Positions 38,474-48,406 of a stretch of 62,137 nucleotides of DNA are shown here, one piece after another. The notes beneath the pieces are model-generated. The model had not been told where the DNA came from and did not search any database. It was given only the letters and a program-made list of their open reading frames with translations. The stretch comes from Rickettsia typhi. GTDB taxonomy: Bacteria; Pseudomonadota; Alphaproteobacteria; Rickettsiales; UBA1997. A program made the position numbers and the translations under genes. Each line of letters opens with the position of its first letter. Position 1 is the stretch's first letter. The stretch covers positions 1-62,137 of the forward strand of contig CAMDJN010000001.1 of the NCBI GenBank assembly GCA_945900795.1, written 5' to 3'.

Positions 38474-40438
38474 CTAAATTTTCATTGGAAGAATAACCAT
38501 TGTCATGCCTTTAACATGTAACCTGCGTTGCATGATGTAAGGCACGTGGTTGTAAAGGATTTGGGTAAAGATATTCTCATTATCGAAGATAAATTTCGTG
38601 CCGAAAAACACAGTATTTGGGTAATCTTTTGCAACTCTGTCTGTAAGTTTCATTAGCTTGTCTACGATGTCAGTTCCATATCCAACGTAGGCTTTAGCAA
38701 ATCGTCCATTAGCATTGCAGTAGTTTTTGTATTTTCGTAAAACCATTTTGGTTTTTCTGCGCATGTCTCGCCATTTTTTTTCTTCACGGAAATTGTTGGA
38801 ATCAACTTCTCCTACGGTTACAAAAATAAAATTCTTAAAAATTCCTGGAAAAAGTTTTTTGATTTCAAGAAGGCAATTCATGCCGCTACCGAAGGTTTGA
38901 TCGACGATAATTGCCGCTGTTGGTTCTGATTTATTTGAACCCTCTTCCATCATTCCAAGAGGCGGTTCTATGTCATAGCCATAAAAATACATCTCCTTTT
39001 GCATCAGACGTAGTTTGAACTTACGGTAATTTCTTTTAATGGAAAATCCGATACCAACAAAAACTGATGTAATCAGTAAAGTGACCCAACCACCTTCATG
39101 AAATTTTTCAAAAATTGTTACAGACAAAATGCAAAAACAGAGGATAAATCCGACGAAGGCGGTAAGGAATTTTCTGAGCCATTTTGGCTTTTTCTTGCGA
39201 CCACGCAACCAGTAGATTGTAAGGCCGAGTAGTGACATCGAGAAGGTGATGAATACGTTGATTGAGTAAAGAATTACTAAAACATGGACTCTTCCTCCCG
39301 TAATCAAAAGGGTTGCAATCGCTGCCACAGCCATGAATAGAACGCCATTTTTTACTACTAATCTGCTAGAGAGTGAGCTAAATGATTTTGGCATCCATTC
39401 ATCATTTGCCATGTTGGCAACTACGGTCGGGCCGGCGAGAAATCCTGAATTTGCTGCAACTAATAAAAGTCCAGCTTCGAAGATTAAAACAATGGGTACG
39501 ATGAATTTTCCAAACTCGATGTCTTTGTAATTCCAGACCTCGGTGATGAAGTAGAAGGTGGTGGCGTTGAGAGTTTGTCCCTCAACTTTTTGTACTCCCC
39601 AAAGCAGGTAAAGCAGAATAATGCCAGTGGCCATGAAGGCGAGGGAGATGGCAACTAAGAACATCGTTAATTTTGCGGTGTGAACTCTTGGTTCTGAAAG
39701 AGTGTCAACATTGTTTGAAACTGCTTCAAGACCGGTGTAAGTTCCTCCTCCCATTGAGAAGGCTTTAAGAAAAAGCGAGAGGATAAAAATAAGTCCGAAC
39801 GAATCTTTTAAGTGATTGGTTTTTTCTATCGCTTGGGGGACTAGGTTAGAAATGCCGTAATGGTGAGTTGTTATTCCGTAGATGATGAGGAAGACGTGAG
39901 TAATGACAAATCCAAGAAAAATCGGGAGAAGGAATTTGATCGATTCTTTCATGCCGCGCAAATTCAAGATTGCGAGTAGGCCAACGAGGACGATGGCTAA
40001 GATAAGCTTGGCTTGTTGCCACTCTGGAGGGAAGAAGCTAAAAACAGCATCAACTCCACTCGCAACTGAAATGGCGATTGTCAAAACGTAATCGATGATC
40101 AGAGCTGATCCGGAAACTAATCCAGCATGTTTTCCAAGTAATCTTGTGGCGACGCGGTAACCGCCACCACCGTTTGGAAAAAGTTCAATTACTTGAATGT
40201 AGGCGTAGGAGATGATGAAGACGGTGAGGGCGGTGGCAATTGCTAGATAAATTGCGAGCTCTTTGTGAATACCGAGTGCGAGGAAGGCTTCTTCAGGACC
40301 ATAACATGAAGACGAGATTCCGTCTGCACCAAGTCCAATCCAGGCTAGAAATGCAACTAGGGAAATATTTTTCCGAGTCTCTTTGTCGAAAGGATCGCGC
40401 GGATTGCCAAATAGAAGCTTTCCAAGTTTTAATGGCAT
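38474..40438 (-). CDS. APC-family amino acid/polyamine permease with a C-terminal cytoplasmic domain
   Basis: 654 aa, about 12 TM segments. It has the N-terminal SLVAFLAWIGLGADGISSSCYGPEEAF. Confidence 0.75.
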   Translation of the reverse strand: MPLKLGKLLFGNPRDPFDKETRKNISLVAFLAWIGLGADGISSSCYGPEEAFLALGIHKELAIYLAIATALTVFIISYAYIQVIELFPNGGGGYRVATRLLGKHAGLVSGSALIIDYVLTIAISVASGVDAVFSFFPPEWQQAKLILAIVLVGLLAILNLRGMKESIKFLLPIFLGFVITHVFLIIYGITTHHYGISNLVPQAIEKTNHLKDSFGLIFILSLFLKAFSMGGGTYTGLEAVSNNVDTLSEPRVHTAKLTMFLVAISLAFMATGIILLYLLWGVQKVEGQTLNATTFYFITEVWNYKDIEFGKFIVPIVLIFEAGLLLVAANSGFLAGPTVVANMANDEWMPKSFSSLSSRLVVKNGVLFMAVAAIATLLITGGRVHVLVILYSINVFITFSMSLLGLTIYWLRGRKKKPKWLRKFLTAFVGFILCFCILSVTIFEKFHEGGWVTLLITSVFVGIGFSIKRNYRKFKLRLMQKEMYFYGYDIEPPLGMMEEGSNKSEPTAAIIVDQTFGSGMNCLLEIKKLFPGIFKNFIFVTVGEVDSNNFREEKKWRDMRRKTKMVLRKYKNYCNANGRFAKAYVGYGTDIVDKLMKLTDRVAKDYPNTVFFGTKFIFDNENIFTQILYNHVPYIMQRRLHVKGMTMVILPMKI

Positions 40439-41064
40439 AAATCTCTGACCTTTTCCATAAATTCTTTGATTAATTTTGGCGATTTTCTTCCGCGAATTTC
40501 CTCAATTCCAGATGAGATATCGATCATCTTTGCGCCGGTGATTTTTATGGCCTCTTCAATGTTGTCGATGTTTAATCCGCCTGATAAAAACCACTCTTTT
40601 TTACTAATAAAATTTTGTAAAATTTTCCAATCAAAATTCTTTCCGCTTCCCCCAATCTCTCCCTTGATTTTTGCATCAAACAAGAAGCAATCAGCGCAAT
40701 TTTCAAAAATTTTTACCGAATCTAAATCTTGAATTAAAGCTATTTTAAAGGCTTTAATGATTTTTATTTTTGGAAATTTTTGTTTGACCTCGTTTAGAAA
40801 ACTTGCGGTTTCTGAACCGTGAAATTGAAAAAAATCCGGATGAAATTTGTCAGAGATTTCTTGTAAGAGATTAATGGGAGGATCAACCGTCACCGCAACT
40901 TTGGAGATATTTTTTGGAATTGAATAGGAGAGGGCGGAGGCTTGATTTGGCGTAACAAATCGAGGAGATTTTTCGTAAAATACAAAGCCCAGAAAATCAC
41001 ACTTCTGGGCAATAGCAACTGCAAGAGCTTCAGGGTCAGTGAAGCCGCAAAGTTTAATTTTCAT
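40429..41064 (-). CDS. trpF: Phosphoribosylanthranilate isomerase
   Basis: 211 aa. It has MKIKLCGFT, DFLGFVFYEKSPR, FQFHG and LSGGLNIDNIEEAI. Confidence 0.85.
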   Translation of the reverse strand: MKIKLCGFTDPEALAVAIAQKCDFLGFVFYEKSPRFVTPNQASALSYSIPKNISKVAVTVDPPINLLQEISDKFHPDFFQFHGSETASFLNEVKQKFPKIKIIKAFKIALIQDLDSVKIFENCADCFLFDAKIKGEIGGSGKNFDWKILQNFISKKEWFLSGGLNIDNIEEAIKITGAKMIDISSGIEEIRGRKSPKLIKEFMEKVRDLCH

Positions 41065-41107
41065 TTAAGATTCTAAACAGGTTGTGAGCAGCTCAAACTA
41101 GAGGTTC

Positions 41108-41425
41108 CTAGAATTTAAATCCTGGCGGAAGTGGAATGCCAGCGGTTGCTGATTTTATCGAGTCAGCAGAGCTGTCATCTGATTTCTTTTTAGCATCGTT
41201 GAAAGCTGCGATTAGCAGATCTTCGAGTATTTCTTTTTCATCCGCATTTCCAACCAAAGAAGGATCGAGGAATATTTTTTTGACCAATCCCGCTCCGGTG
41301 ATTGTAATTGTAACCATGCCTCCACCAGAAGAGCCTTCATATTCACTATTCGCCAAGTCATCTTGGATTTTTTGCATTTTCTTTTGAACTTCTTGCGCTT
41401 GGCGCATCAGTAATTTCATGTCCAT
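41108..41425 (-). CDS. ybaB: Nucleoid-associated protein YbaB/EbfC
   Basis: 105 aa. It has MRQAQEVQKKMQKIQDDL, GSSGGGMVTITITG and a C-terminal GIPLPPGFKF. Confidence 0.9.
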   Translation of the reverse strand: MDMKLLMRQAQEVQKKMQKIQDDLANSEYEGSSGGGMVTITITGAGLVKKIFLDPSLVGNADEKEILEDLLIAAFNDAKKKSDDSSADSIKSATAGIPLPPGFKF

Positions 41426-41664
41426 GTTAATTCCTAAAATTATTGTTTAGTTATTTCTTTGCCTTTTGGTGCAAGTGGTGTAGTTGATGGATCAGATACT
41501 ATTACTTCTGGAGTAACTCGTTGCGCCCCCTCTTTTAGTTCTTTGAGGATCTCAAGCATACCTTGATGGCTCAAAAGGCACTGGTGCCGGACGTGTTGAT
41601 TTTTTAGGAGAAGAATCGTCAGATTTAGACATAATTAGATTGAATTAAGGTTGAGGGAAGTCTG

Positions 41665-43170
41665 TCACAAAAAATCAGAGATCTTTTTACAAGCCTGCAT
41701 CAGGGCCTGAGCCTTGTTTAGGCATTCTTGATATTCTGATTCTGGATCGGAATCGAAGACAATTCCAGCTCCCGCCTGAAGGTAAATTTTTCCATTTTTG
41801 ATCAAGGCTGATCTGAGAGTGATACAGGTTTCCATGTCGCCATTGCCAGAGAAATATCCAACACATCCAGCGTAAAAACTACGTTTTACTTTCTCGATCT
41901 CTTCGATGATTTCCATGGCGCGGATTTTTGGTGCGCCGCTGACAGTACCAGCTGGAAAGCCTGAAATTAAAGCATCGAGACCATCATAACCATCTTTCAG
42001 AATTCCTTCAACATTTGAAGAAATATGCATGACATGTGAATAATTTTCGATGGTCATTTTTTCAGTAACGACAACTGAACCTTCTTTCGCAACACGCCCT
42101 ACATCATGCCTCCCTAGGTCAATCAGCATTAGATGTTCGGCAACCTCCTTTTCGTCAGCGAGTAATTCGGTAGCAATTTTTTTATCTTCTTCAGGATTTT
42201 TTCCTCTTTTTCTAGTGCCAGCAAGCGGTCTAATTGTAACTTTTTTTTCCTTCAACGAGACCATGATTTCGGGACTAGAGCCAGTCAAAACGAAATCATC
42301 AAATTTCAAATAAAACAAAAAAGGGGAGGGGTTCACTGCGCGTAATGCACGATAAAAAGCGAATTCAGGTAAATCTTTGTCAAAATTTGAAGTAAATCTT
42401 TGTGAAGGTAAGACCTGAAAAATATCACCATCCGTAATGTATTTTTTTGCCGCTAGAACCGCGTTACAATATTCTTCTTTTGAGTAGTTAGAGGTGAAGT
42501 TAAACTCTGGCTTAGCGTTTAGTCTAGGAGTTGCATAAGGTTTTTGTAAAATCTCCTCAACAAAAGAAATTTTGTTAATTACCTCTTCGTAAGTCGGATT
42601 ATTTTTGGAAGCAAAAACCGGAGCACAAATCAAAAGATTGTCAAAAAGATTGTCAAAAACCAAGATGATTTGTGGGCGAATAAAAATACTGTCAGGGATT
42701 TTTAGTTCATCTTGTAGGTTGCGATTGGGAATTTTTTCCATCAAACGCACCATGTCGTAACCCATGTAGCCAAAGACCCCACTACACATTGCTGGAAGCG
42801 GTATCGCTCCTTTATCTAAAGTATCACAATTAATTTTGGATTGCTGAATGAATTGACGGAGATTTTCTAAAACATCTCCCTTTTCTTTCGTAAAACTTTG
42901 CGGTTTTTGTGCAAAATCAGAATTAAAAAATGACTCACCAGCAGTGCATTTCCAAACTACGTCAGGCATGAATCCTATCACAGAAAATCTTCCCTTGTTA
43001 TTCCCATTCTCTGCTGACTCGAATAAGAAATGATGATCTGGAAAATGCTGAAAAATTTTCAGTGATGCCAGAATGGGAGTAATGACATCTGCAGGAATTT
43101 TTTTAAAAACTAAAGCAGATCCCAAGCTTTGCAAATGCCAAGAGAACTCGTCTTTTGTTAAATTGCTCAT
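41665..43170 (-). CDS. trpE: Anthranilate synthase component I (chorismate-binding enzyme)
   Basis: 501 aa. It has FESAENGNNKGRFSVIGF, GTRKRG, the GAPKIRAMEIIEE.E...R..Y pattern and GAGIVFDSDPESEYQE. Confidence 0.8.
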   Translation of the reverse strand: MSNLTKDEFSWHLQSLGSALVFKKIPADVITPILASLKIFQHFPDHHFLFESAENGNNKGRFSVIGFMPDVVWKCTAGESFFNSDFAQKPQSFTKEKGDVLENLRQFIQQSKINCDTLDKGAIPLPAMCSGVFGYMGYDMVRLMEKIPNRNLQDELKIPDSIFIRPQIILVFDNLFDNLLICAPVFASKNNPTYEEVINKISFVEEILQKPYATPRLNAKPEFNFTSNYSKEEYCNAVLAAKKYITDGDIFQVLPSQRFTSNFDKDLPEFAFYRALRAVNPSPFLFYLKFDDFVLTGSSPEIMVSLKEKKVTIRPLAGTRKRGKNPEEDKKIATELLADEKEVAEHLMLIDLGRHDVGRVAKEGSVVVTEKMTIENYSHVMHISSNVEGILKDGYDGLDALISGFPAGTVSGAPKIRAMEIIEEIEKVKRSFYAGCVGYFSGNGDMETCITLRSALIKNGKIYLQAGAGIVFDSDPESEYQECLNKAQALMQACKKISDFL

Positions 43171-43176
43171 TAGGAT

Positions 43177-45117
43177 TTATTTCTTACCAGCACTCTCTTG
43201 TTCTGCTGATTCAAAAAACTTTTCGTTTACTTGAATCGGATATTTTTTTAACAGGAATGAGTTATATTCTTGGACTATTTCATTTCTGAAGAGTTTAGAA
43301 TTTTTCATTTCTGCAATTTGTTTTTCTTCAGAAGTTAAGAAGTGTTTTTTTACCCCCTTAAGAACGCCGATGGTTAACTCATTTTGTCCAGAAGCAACTA
43401 CCGGCGTGGTTTCGTTGATCTTTATTTTAAATAACTCATCCAGGAATTGGTTTGGATAAGCGATCTGTCTTCCTTGGAAATTAACGTACGTTACCCTCGG
43501 AAATTCACGATTTTTGTCGAATTTAGCGCCATATCTGGTTGCGATTTGAGCTGCTTGAGCAGGGTTTTTAGATATTTCTTCCTGCAATTTTGCGGCAATT
43601 TCTTTAAGCTTAAGTTGTCTTGTTTGAATTAATAAACCTGCCAAAACATCTGATCTCGCTTCAGTAAAGCTCAGCTCTCTTGCCGGTTCTACTTCTTCAA
43701 TCTTTACAATGTAAAATTTACTTTGATCGCTACTGAGTATGACTTGTGAGGTTTGGCCTTTTTTTAGAGCAAAAACATTTTCACTAAAATTTCCTATCGA
43801 CTCGAGATCGCTTACTTCCTTACCGTTTGCTCCAAGTAGGGTCTGATTGATTACAACTTGTACAGGTTTTTTTAGTTTGAACTTTGTTGAAATTTCATCG
43901 AGTGAATTTGCAACCAATAGAGAGTCATTAATTTCAGAAATTCTTTTATGTAGAACCTCTTCCTCCCTACCAGCAAGCATAGATTTACGTAACTCATCCC
44001 TAACTTTTGCAAACGGAACTGGTTTGGAGGGGTTAACTTTAATCACCAAGAAAATATGAGAGCCAAGAGGGCTTTGAAGTACTTCGCTATGTTGATTAAG
44101 ATCTAGTGTAAACACTGCATTGGAAAGCTCGGGAATTAACACCTCTTTCGTTGCCTTTGCTATGGTTATAGATTTTTCATCTCCTTTGCCAAACTTCTTT
44201 GCCAGCTTTACAAAATCAGATTTTTCTACATTGCCTGACTTTTTGATTTCATTTAGTTCTTGCAAGAATTCTTTACCCTTAGACTCGTCATCAAACTTGA
44301 CGTGAAGCAGGTCGCGACTTTCTGGATTAAGGAATTTATCTTTATTACTTTCATATTCAGACATAACTTCTGCATCAGAAAGCGTAAAATCCTTTGCAAA
44401 AAGATCTTTGCTAAAGTGAGTGTAAGAGACTGTTCTTAGTTCGTTTGAAAGATAATGGCTTTTGTTTTTGGTAAAGAATTCCTCAACTTGCTTCTCTTCT
44501 GGTTGTGGTAAAGATTTAATACTGCTCAATGAAAGAGTGGTTATGTCGGCAATGCGTTTCTCTTCCTCAAAATTTACCATTTCTACGACAATATTTTGAT
44601 TTATTGGAGCTGCGGCGGAAATGCTTTGTAATATGATGCTTGCGGCAATTTTATCGCCCATCTCACCAACATATTTCTCTTCGTTAAGTTTGTTATTTTT
44701 TAGAAATGATTCAAAGATTTTGTGATCAAACTTACCATCATCTCCACGAAAATTTGGATCTCTTGCTATAGATTCTAAAATAATTTGCTTGTCTGCCTTT
44801 ATTCCATTTTCATCAGTGACTTTTTTGATCATCAAGTCATTGACCATGTTTTGTACAATCTCAGATTTAAATTGCGCTGATTCCAAATATTTCATCACCT
44901 CTTCATCTTTGCGTGAAGATAAAATTCTATCTCTGTAGGTTTGCATAACCTTGCTTACAGCGTTAGCAGAGATGGTCTTGCTGCCAACTTTAACTACCCA
45001 AGATTCGCGTCCACCCAGAATAAAATCGCTAACACCAAACAATATGAATGTTAGAACCACGAAGGCTAAGATGATTTTGAAAAAAATACTTCCTGCAAGT
45101 TTGCGAGCTAGAGACAT
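43177..45117 (-). CDS. ppiD: Periplasmic chaperone / peptidyl-prolyl isomerase PpiD-like
   Basis: 646 aa. It has an N-terminal TM anchor, a SurA-N-like region and a parvulin-like segment (SPLGSHIFLV). Confidence 0.7.
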   Translation of the reverse strand: MSLARKLAGSIFFKIILAFVVLTFILFGVSDFILGGRESWVVKVGSKTISANAVSKVMQTYRDRILSSRKDEEVMKYLESAQFKSEIVQNMVNDLMIKKVTDENGIKADKQIILESIARDPNFRGDDGKFDHKIFESFLKNNKLNEEKYVGEMGDKIAASIILQSISAAAPINQNIVVEMVNFEEEKRIADITTLSLSSIKSLPQPEEKQVEEFFTKNKSHYLSNELRTVSYTHFSKDLFAKDFTLSDAEVMSEYESNKDKFLNPESRDLLHVKFDDESKGKEFLQELNEIKKSGNVEKSDFVKLAKKFGKGDEKSITIAKATKEVLIPELSNAVFTLDLNQHSEVLQSPLGSHIFLVIKVNPSKPVPFAKVRDELRKSMLAGREEEVLHKRISEINDSLLVANSLDEISTKFKLKKPVQVVINQTLLGANGKEVSDLESIGNFSENVFALKKGQTSQVILSSDQSKFYIVKIEEVEPARELSFTEARSDVLAGLLIQTRQLKLKEIAAKLQEEISKNPAQAAQIATRYGAKFDKNREFPRVTYVNFQGRQIAYPNQFLDELFKIKINETTPVVASGQNELTIGVLKGVKKHFLTSEEKQIAEMKNSKLFRNEIVQEYNSFLLKKYPIQVNEKFFESAEQESAGKK

Positions 45118-45159
45118 TGTATGGTAAAATAAAATTGAAGGTTGTTAGAGGTTCTTACT

Positions 45160-46596
45160 CTAGTTGTGATAAATATCCAAATTGCCAAATTTTGTAAATT
45201 CTGCATCAAAGTAAAGATCAAAATCTCCGACCGGACCATTTCTTTGTTTTGCTATAATAATCTTAGCCTTGTGAGAGAATTGCTGCATTTGCTCTTTCCA
45301 CTTTTGAAATTTTTCCACGTCCTCTTCTGCTGGACGTTTTCTTTCCAGGTAATAGCTCTCGCGATAGATAAAAGCAACTACGTCAGCATCTTGCTCAATC
45401 GATCCCGATTCGCGTAAGTCAGATAATTGCGGCCTTTTATCTTCCCTTTGTTCGACGGCACGCGACAATTGTGACAAGGCTAGAACGGGAATGTTAAATT
45501 CCTTTGCGAGGGCCTTCAGTCCTTGAGTTATTTCAGAAACTTCTTGAACACGATTTTCTTTTGAGTGAGCTGAAACGCCGCGCACCAACTGCAAATAATC
45601 AATAACCAAAAATGCCAATTTGTTTTTTCGAATCATTCTGCGTGTACGAGTTCTGATCGCAGAAATCGAAAGGGCAGGGGTGTCATCAATAAAAAGTGGC
45701 ATTTTGGAAATTTCTGCACTGCGCAGTGCGACAGCTTCCCACTCGTGTTCATTTAGCTGGCCCGTTCTAAACTTAGTTGCGTTGATGCTACTTTCCATGG
45801 AAAGAACTCTTGCTGCAAGTTGGTCTGAAGACATTTCAAGTGAAAAGAATCCCACCGCTTTTTGATCTTTTTTGTCACTAATTTCATTGTTAAGAAATCT
45901 GCAGGCATTGACTGCTATGTTGATGCCAAGCGCCGTTTTACCCATAGAAGGTCTGCCAGCAAGAATAATCAAATCCGATTGTTGCATGCCACTTAGGATT
46001 TTATCCATGTCAACCAGGCCTGTGGATATACCACTGATATGACTATCGCGCTGTTTTGCAATTATAGTTTTATCGAGAGTTTCTTTAAGTGAGGAGGAAA
46101 TGCTGCGAAAATCCACTCTAACTCCACCATGTTCTGTAAGTTGAAATAATTTTGATTCAGCAAGCTCAACCTGATCTTCAGCAGAAGATTTTTCCTCAGC
46201 TTTGTAAGCCGTATTTACTATGTCTTCACCAATTATTACTAATGCGCGTTTAAGAGATAAATCGTGAACCAATTTTGCGTAATTGGCAATATCGATAATT
46301 GCGGATGCTGATGCAAGTAAGGTTGAGAGGTATAGCGCTCCGCCAGCTGCTTTAATTGAAGGTTCCGATTCAAAAAATTGTTTTAGGGTAATTTGATTTG
46401 CAACGATGTTTACTTTCTCGATATTGTGAAGAATTTGTGTGAAAATTTTTTGATGAGATGGTTCGTAAAAATGTTCTTCACGCAAAAATTCTGAAACTCG
46501 ATTTAGATATTCGTTGTTAAGAATGATGGTACCGAGTATTGCCTGCTCAGCCTCGATATTAAACAATTCTTTTCTTGATTCGCTTTGCTGCCTCAT
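45160..46596 (-). CDS. dnaB: Replicative DNA helicase
   Basis: 478 aa. It has NIEAEQAILGTIILNN, the Walker A motif GRPSMGKTALG, IDYLQL, LSQLSR..E.R and LRESGSIEQDAD. Confidence 0.95.
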   Translation of the reverse strand: MRQQSESRKELFNIEAEQAILGTIILNNEYLNRVSEFLREEHFYEPSHQKIFTQILHNIEKVNIVANQITLKQFFESEPSIKAAGGALYLSTLLASASAIIDIANYAKLVHDLSLKRALVIIGEDIVNTAYKAEEKSSAEDQVELAESKLFQLTEHGGVRVDFRSISSSLKETLDKTIIAKQRDSHISGISTGLVDMDKILSGMQQSDLIILAGRPSMGKTALGINIAVNACRFLNNEISDKKDQKAVGFFSLEMSSDQLAARVLSMESSINATKFRTGQLNEHEWEAVALRSAEISKMPLFIDDTPALSISAIRTRTRRMIRKNKLAFLVIDYLQLVRGVSAHSKENRVQEVSEITQGLKALAKEFNIPVLALSQLSRAVEQREDKRPQLSDLRESGSIEQDADVVAFIYRESYYLERKRPAEEDVEKFQKWKEQMQQFSHKAKIIIAKQRNGPVGDFDLYFDAEFTKFGNLDIYHN

Positions 46597-46898
46597 TTGT
46601 TTATGGCGGTAAAAATTAGAGCTAAAATCATCAGAACCATGCTACAGTAAAGCGAAGCAAGAAAGTATGGATTGTGAAGCGAAAATTTTTCTACTTTTTT
46701 ATCAAAAGAATAGACCGATTCGTTTGCTGTATGATTTTTAGAGTAAGGTGTGGAGCCTTTTCCCACAATTTTGTACTCACCATCAATGTTTTTTTTTGAT
46801 TGAAACTTTTTTTTCAAATCTTTCGCAATATAAACCCAGAGTAAATACAGGATGATTGGTATTAGTGCTGGCCAGAGTTTGAGTAGGATTTTTATCAT
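46593..46898 (-). CDS. Hypothetical small membrane protein
   Basis: 101 aa with two predicted TM helices. Its stop overlaps the dnaB start (ATGA). Confidence 0.4.
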   Translation of the reverse strand: MIKILLKLWPALIPIILYLLWVYIAKDLKKKFQSKKNIDGEYKIVGKGSTPYSKNHTANESVYSFDKKVEKFSLHNPYFLASLYCSMVLMILALIFTAINK

Positions 46899-47019
46899 TC
46901 TTAAAAAGGAACTGATCCAAGATGTTACAATTTCTCTGCAAAAGCCTTTTGGACTTTATTATGTTTTTGTATTTTTTATGTGACACGAGAGGTGCGCTCC
47001 ACCTTTGCGTAAGTCCCAT

Positions 47020-47204
47020 TTAAGGAGCCCTCTGAAAAACCATCTTTTTCGGTCATTTTGTCGTCAGACCAATTTGCTCGCAAACTGATCTTCCTAGAGA
47101 TTCACTTCGCTCATGCTCGTTCTCATCTAACGACGCATGCGTCGTTTCGGCTAAAGCCGTCGATTCGAACTTCTCAAAAAATACAGGTTTTTCAGAGGTT
47201 CCTT
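47020..47204. mobile_element. Family A MITE, copy A6 (has the extra module, lacks the central hairpin)
   Basis: It has the same ends and extra module as A5. The segment gagcacgtacc...cctgctcgc is missing between two tgctcgc direct repeats. Confidence 0.8.
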
Positions 47205-47241
47205 CAGTTTTAATGGGTAAGTCTGGATAGCAAATTTTGGT

Positions 47242-48234
47242 CTATTTTACTTCAAGTCCAAGAATTTTCATGATACCATCTTTGGTGATTTTTTCTTCTA
47301 ATGAGGCTATCGCCGCGCGATAAGACTCCTTCTCGCTAATCATAGAGCTTCCGGTAACTTCGACTGAATTACTTGCGGCAACTTTACCATCGGCCATATT
47401 TTCAAAATCAACTTCAACTTTGGTCATTTTAGCACCATAAACCTCATTTGTTCTGCTCTCAGATTTAACGCGAATTACAACCTGGTTTGGATTAGATGGA
47501 TTGCGGTTTGTTGAAATTTTTATTTGTTCGCGATTTAAAGCGGTACGAATTATTTTTGCGATTTCTTTTGGTGAATCAATTTCAAAATAAAACTCAATTT
47601 TATTTGAAAAAGAATCTAACTGACTTTTGAAGTCTGCTATACGAGCCAATTTTTGTTTTAGGTTAATATCGTCTCCAACGCCGTTAAGAATTCGACTTTT
47701 CAACTCTAATTCATTGCCTAAGCCTGTTATTTTTAGCAGAGCATTTCGTCTTTGAATTGTGTTTTTCCCTAAAGAGTTTTTATCTAAATCGGTAATTTGT
47801 CTCTCTAAGAATCCGGCCCTGTCTCTTTGTTCATTAACAAACGGAGCTTTGTCTACAGCTACTTCAACAAAGAATTTTTGTCCAATCTTGTCACTTTCCG
47901 TAACCTTAAAATTTGAAAAACTTATTTTCTCAACATTTTGTCTGACACTTTGACGCATCTCTTCATTGACCGCGTTAGAATTTTCTTCGCGTACCAGGGT
48001 AGACTCTGATGACACGGTAACAATTAGGCGTGCCGCAACATCGGCAAGTGCATACTTTGTGGCATCCTCCATAGTGTAGCCTTCTGATACCCCGTATAGT
48101 TTTTCAGAGTTATTTTGTTTCGGAGATATGTACCAGGAAGGGCTGTCGGAAATTTTTTCTGCCGCACTAACATTTTGGGCAAAAAAAAGTGCTACCGCGA
48201 TTAACGGTAGCACTGAAAAAAAACGATTTTTCAT
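47242..48234 (-). CDS. Secreted LPP20-like protein
   Basis: 330 aa. It has a signal peptide (..FFAQNVSAAEK) and the N-terminal PSWYISP...YGVSEGYTMEDATKYALADVAARL, as in LPP20-domain proteins. Confidence 0.5.
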   Translation of the reverse strand: MKNRFFSVLPLIAVALFFAQNVSAAEKISDSPSWYISPKQNNSEKLYGVSEGYTMEDATKYALADVAARLIVTVSSESTLVREENSNAVNEEMRQSVRQNVEKISFSNFKVTESDKIGQKFFVEVAVDKAPFVNEQRDRAGFLERQITDLDKNSLGKNTIQRRNALLKITGLGNELELKSRILNGVGDDINLKQKLARIADFKSQLDSFSNKIEFYFEIDSPKEIAKIIRTALNREQIKISTNRNPSNPNQVVIRVKSESRTNEVYGAKMTKVEVDFENMADGKVAASNSVEVTGSSMISEKESYRAAIASLEEKITKDGIMKILGLEVK

Positions 48235-48240
48235 ATGAAT

Positions 48241-48402
48241 TTAGTCAAGTTCTTTAAAAACGTCCTTACTATTCTGTTCGCTAGAATTGATGCGGTCTGC
48301 TGACGCACCGGACTTTCCGCTCTTAACCATTTCTTTTTTTAATTCAGACTGGCAAGAGAAGATAAAAAATAGCGTAAATAGTGTGAGTAATTTTTTTGCC
48401 AT
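48241..48402 (-). CDS. Small putative lipoprotein, absent from the ORF track
   Basis: Hand-translated 53-aa ORF: MAKKLLTLFTLFFIFSCQSELKKEMVKSGKSGASADRINSSEQNSKDVFKELD*. It has a lipobox-like IFSC. Confidence 0.4.
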   Translation of the reverse strand: MAKKLLTLFTLFFIFSCQSELKKEMVKSGKSGASADRINSSEQNSKDVFKELD

Positions 48403-48406
48403 AAAT

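Noticed and set aside
41430-41640. Short minus-strand ORF fragments upstream of ybaB (MSKSDDSSPKKSTRPAPVPFEPSRYA* and MLEILKELKEGAQRVTPEVIV...). The second faintly resembles the C-terminal end of the DnaX protein in this window (VVNDILRSFEGSQLI). That hints at a relic of the ancestral dnaX-ybaB linkage
   Set aside because: The similarity rests on about 12 residues of low information content. It cannot be supported without an alignment against many DnaX C-termini. It is recorded only as a possible rearrangement scar.
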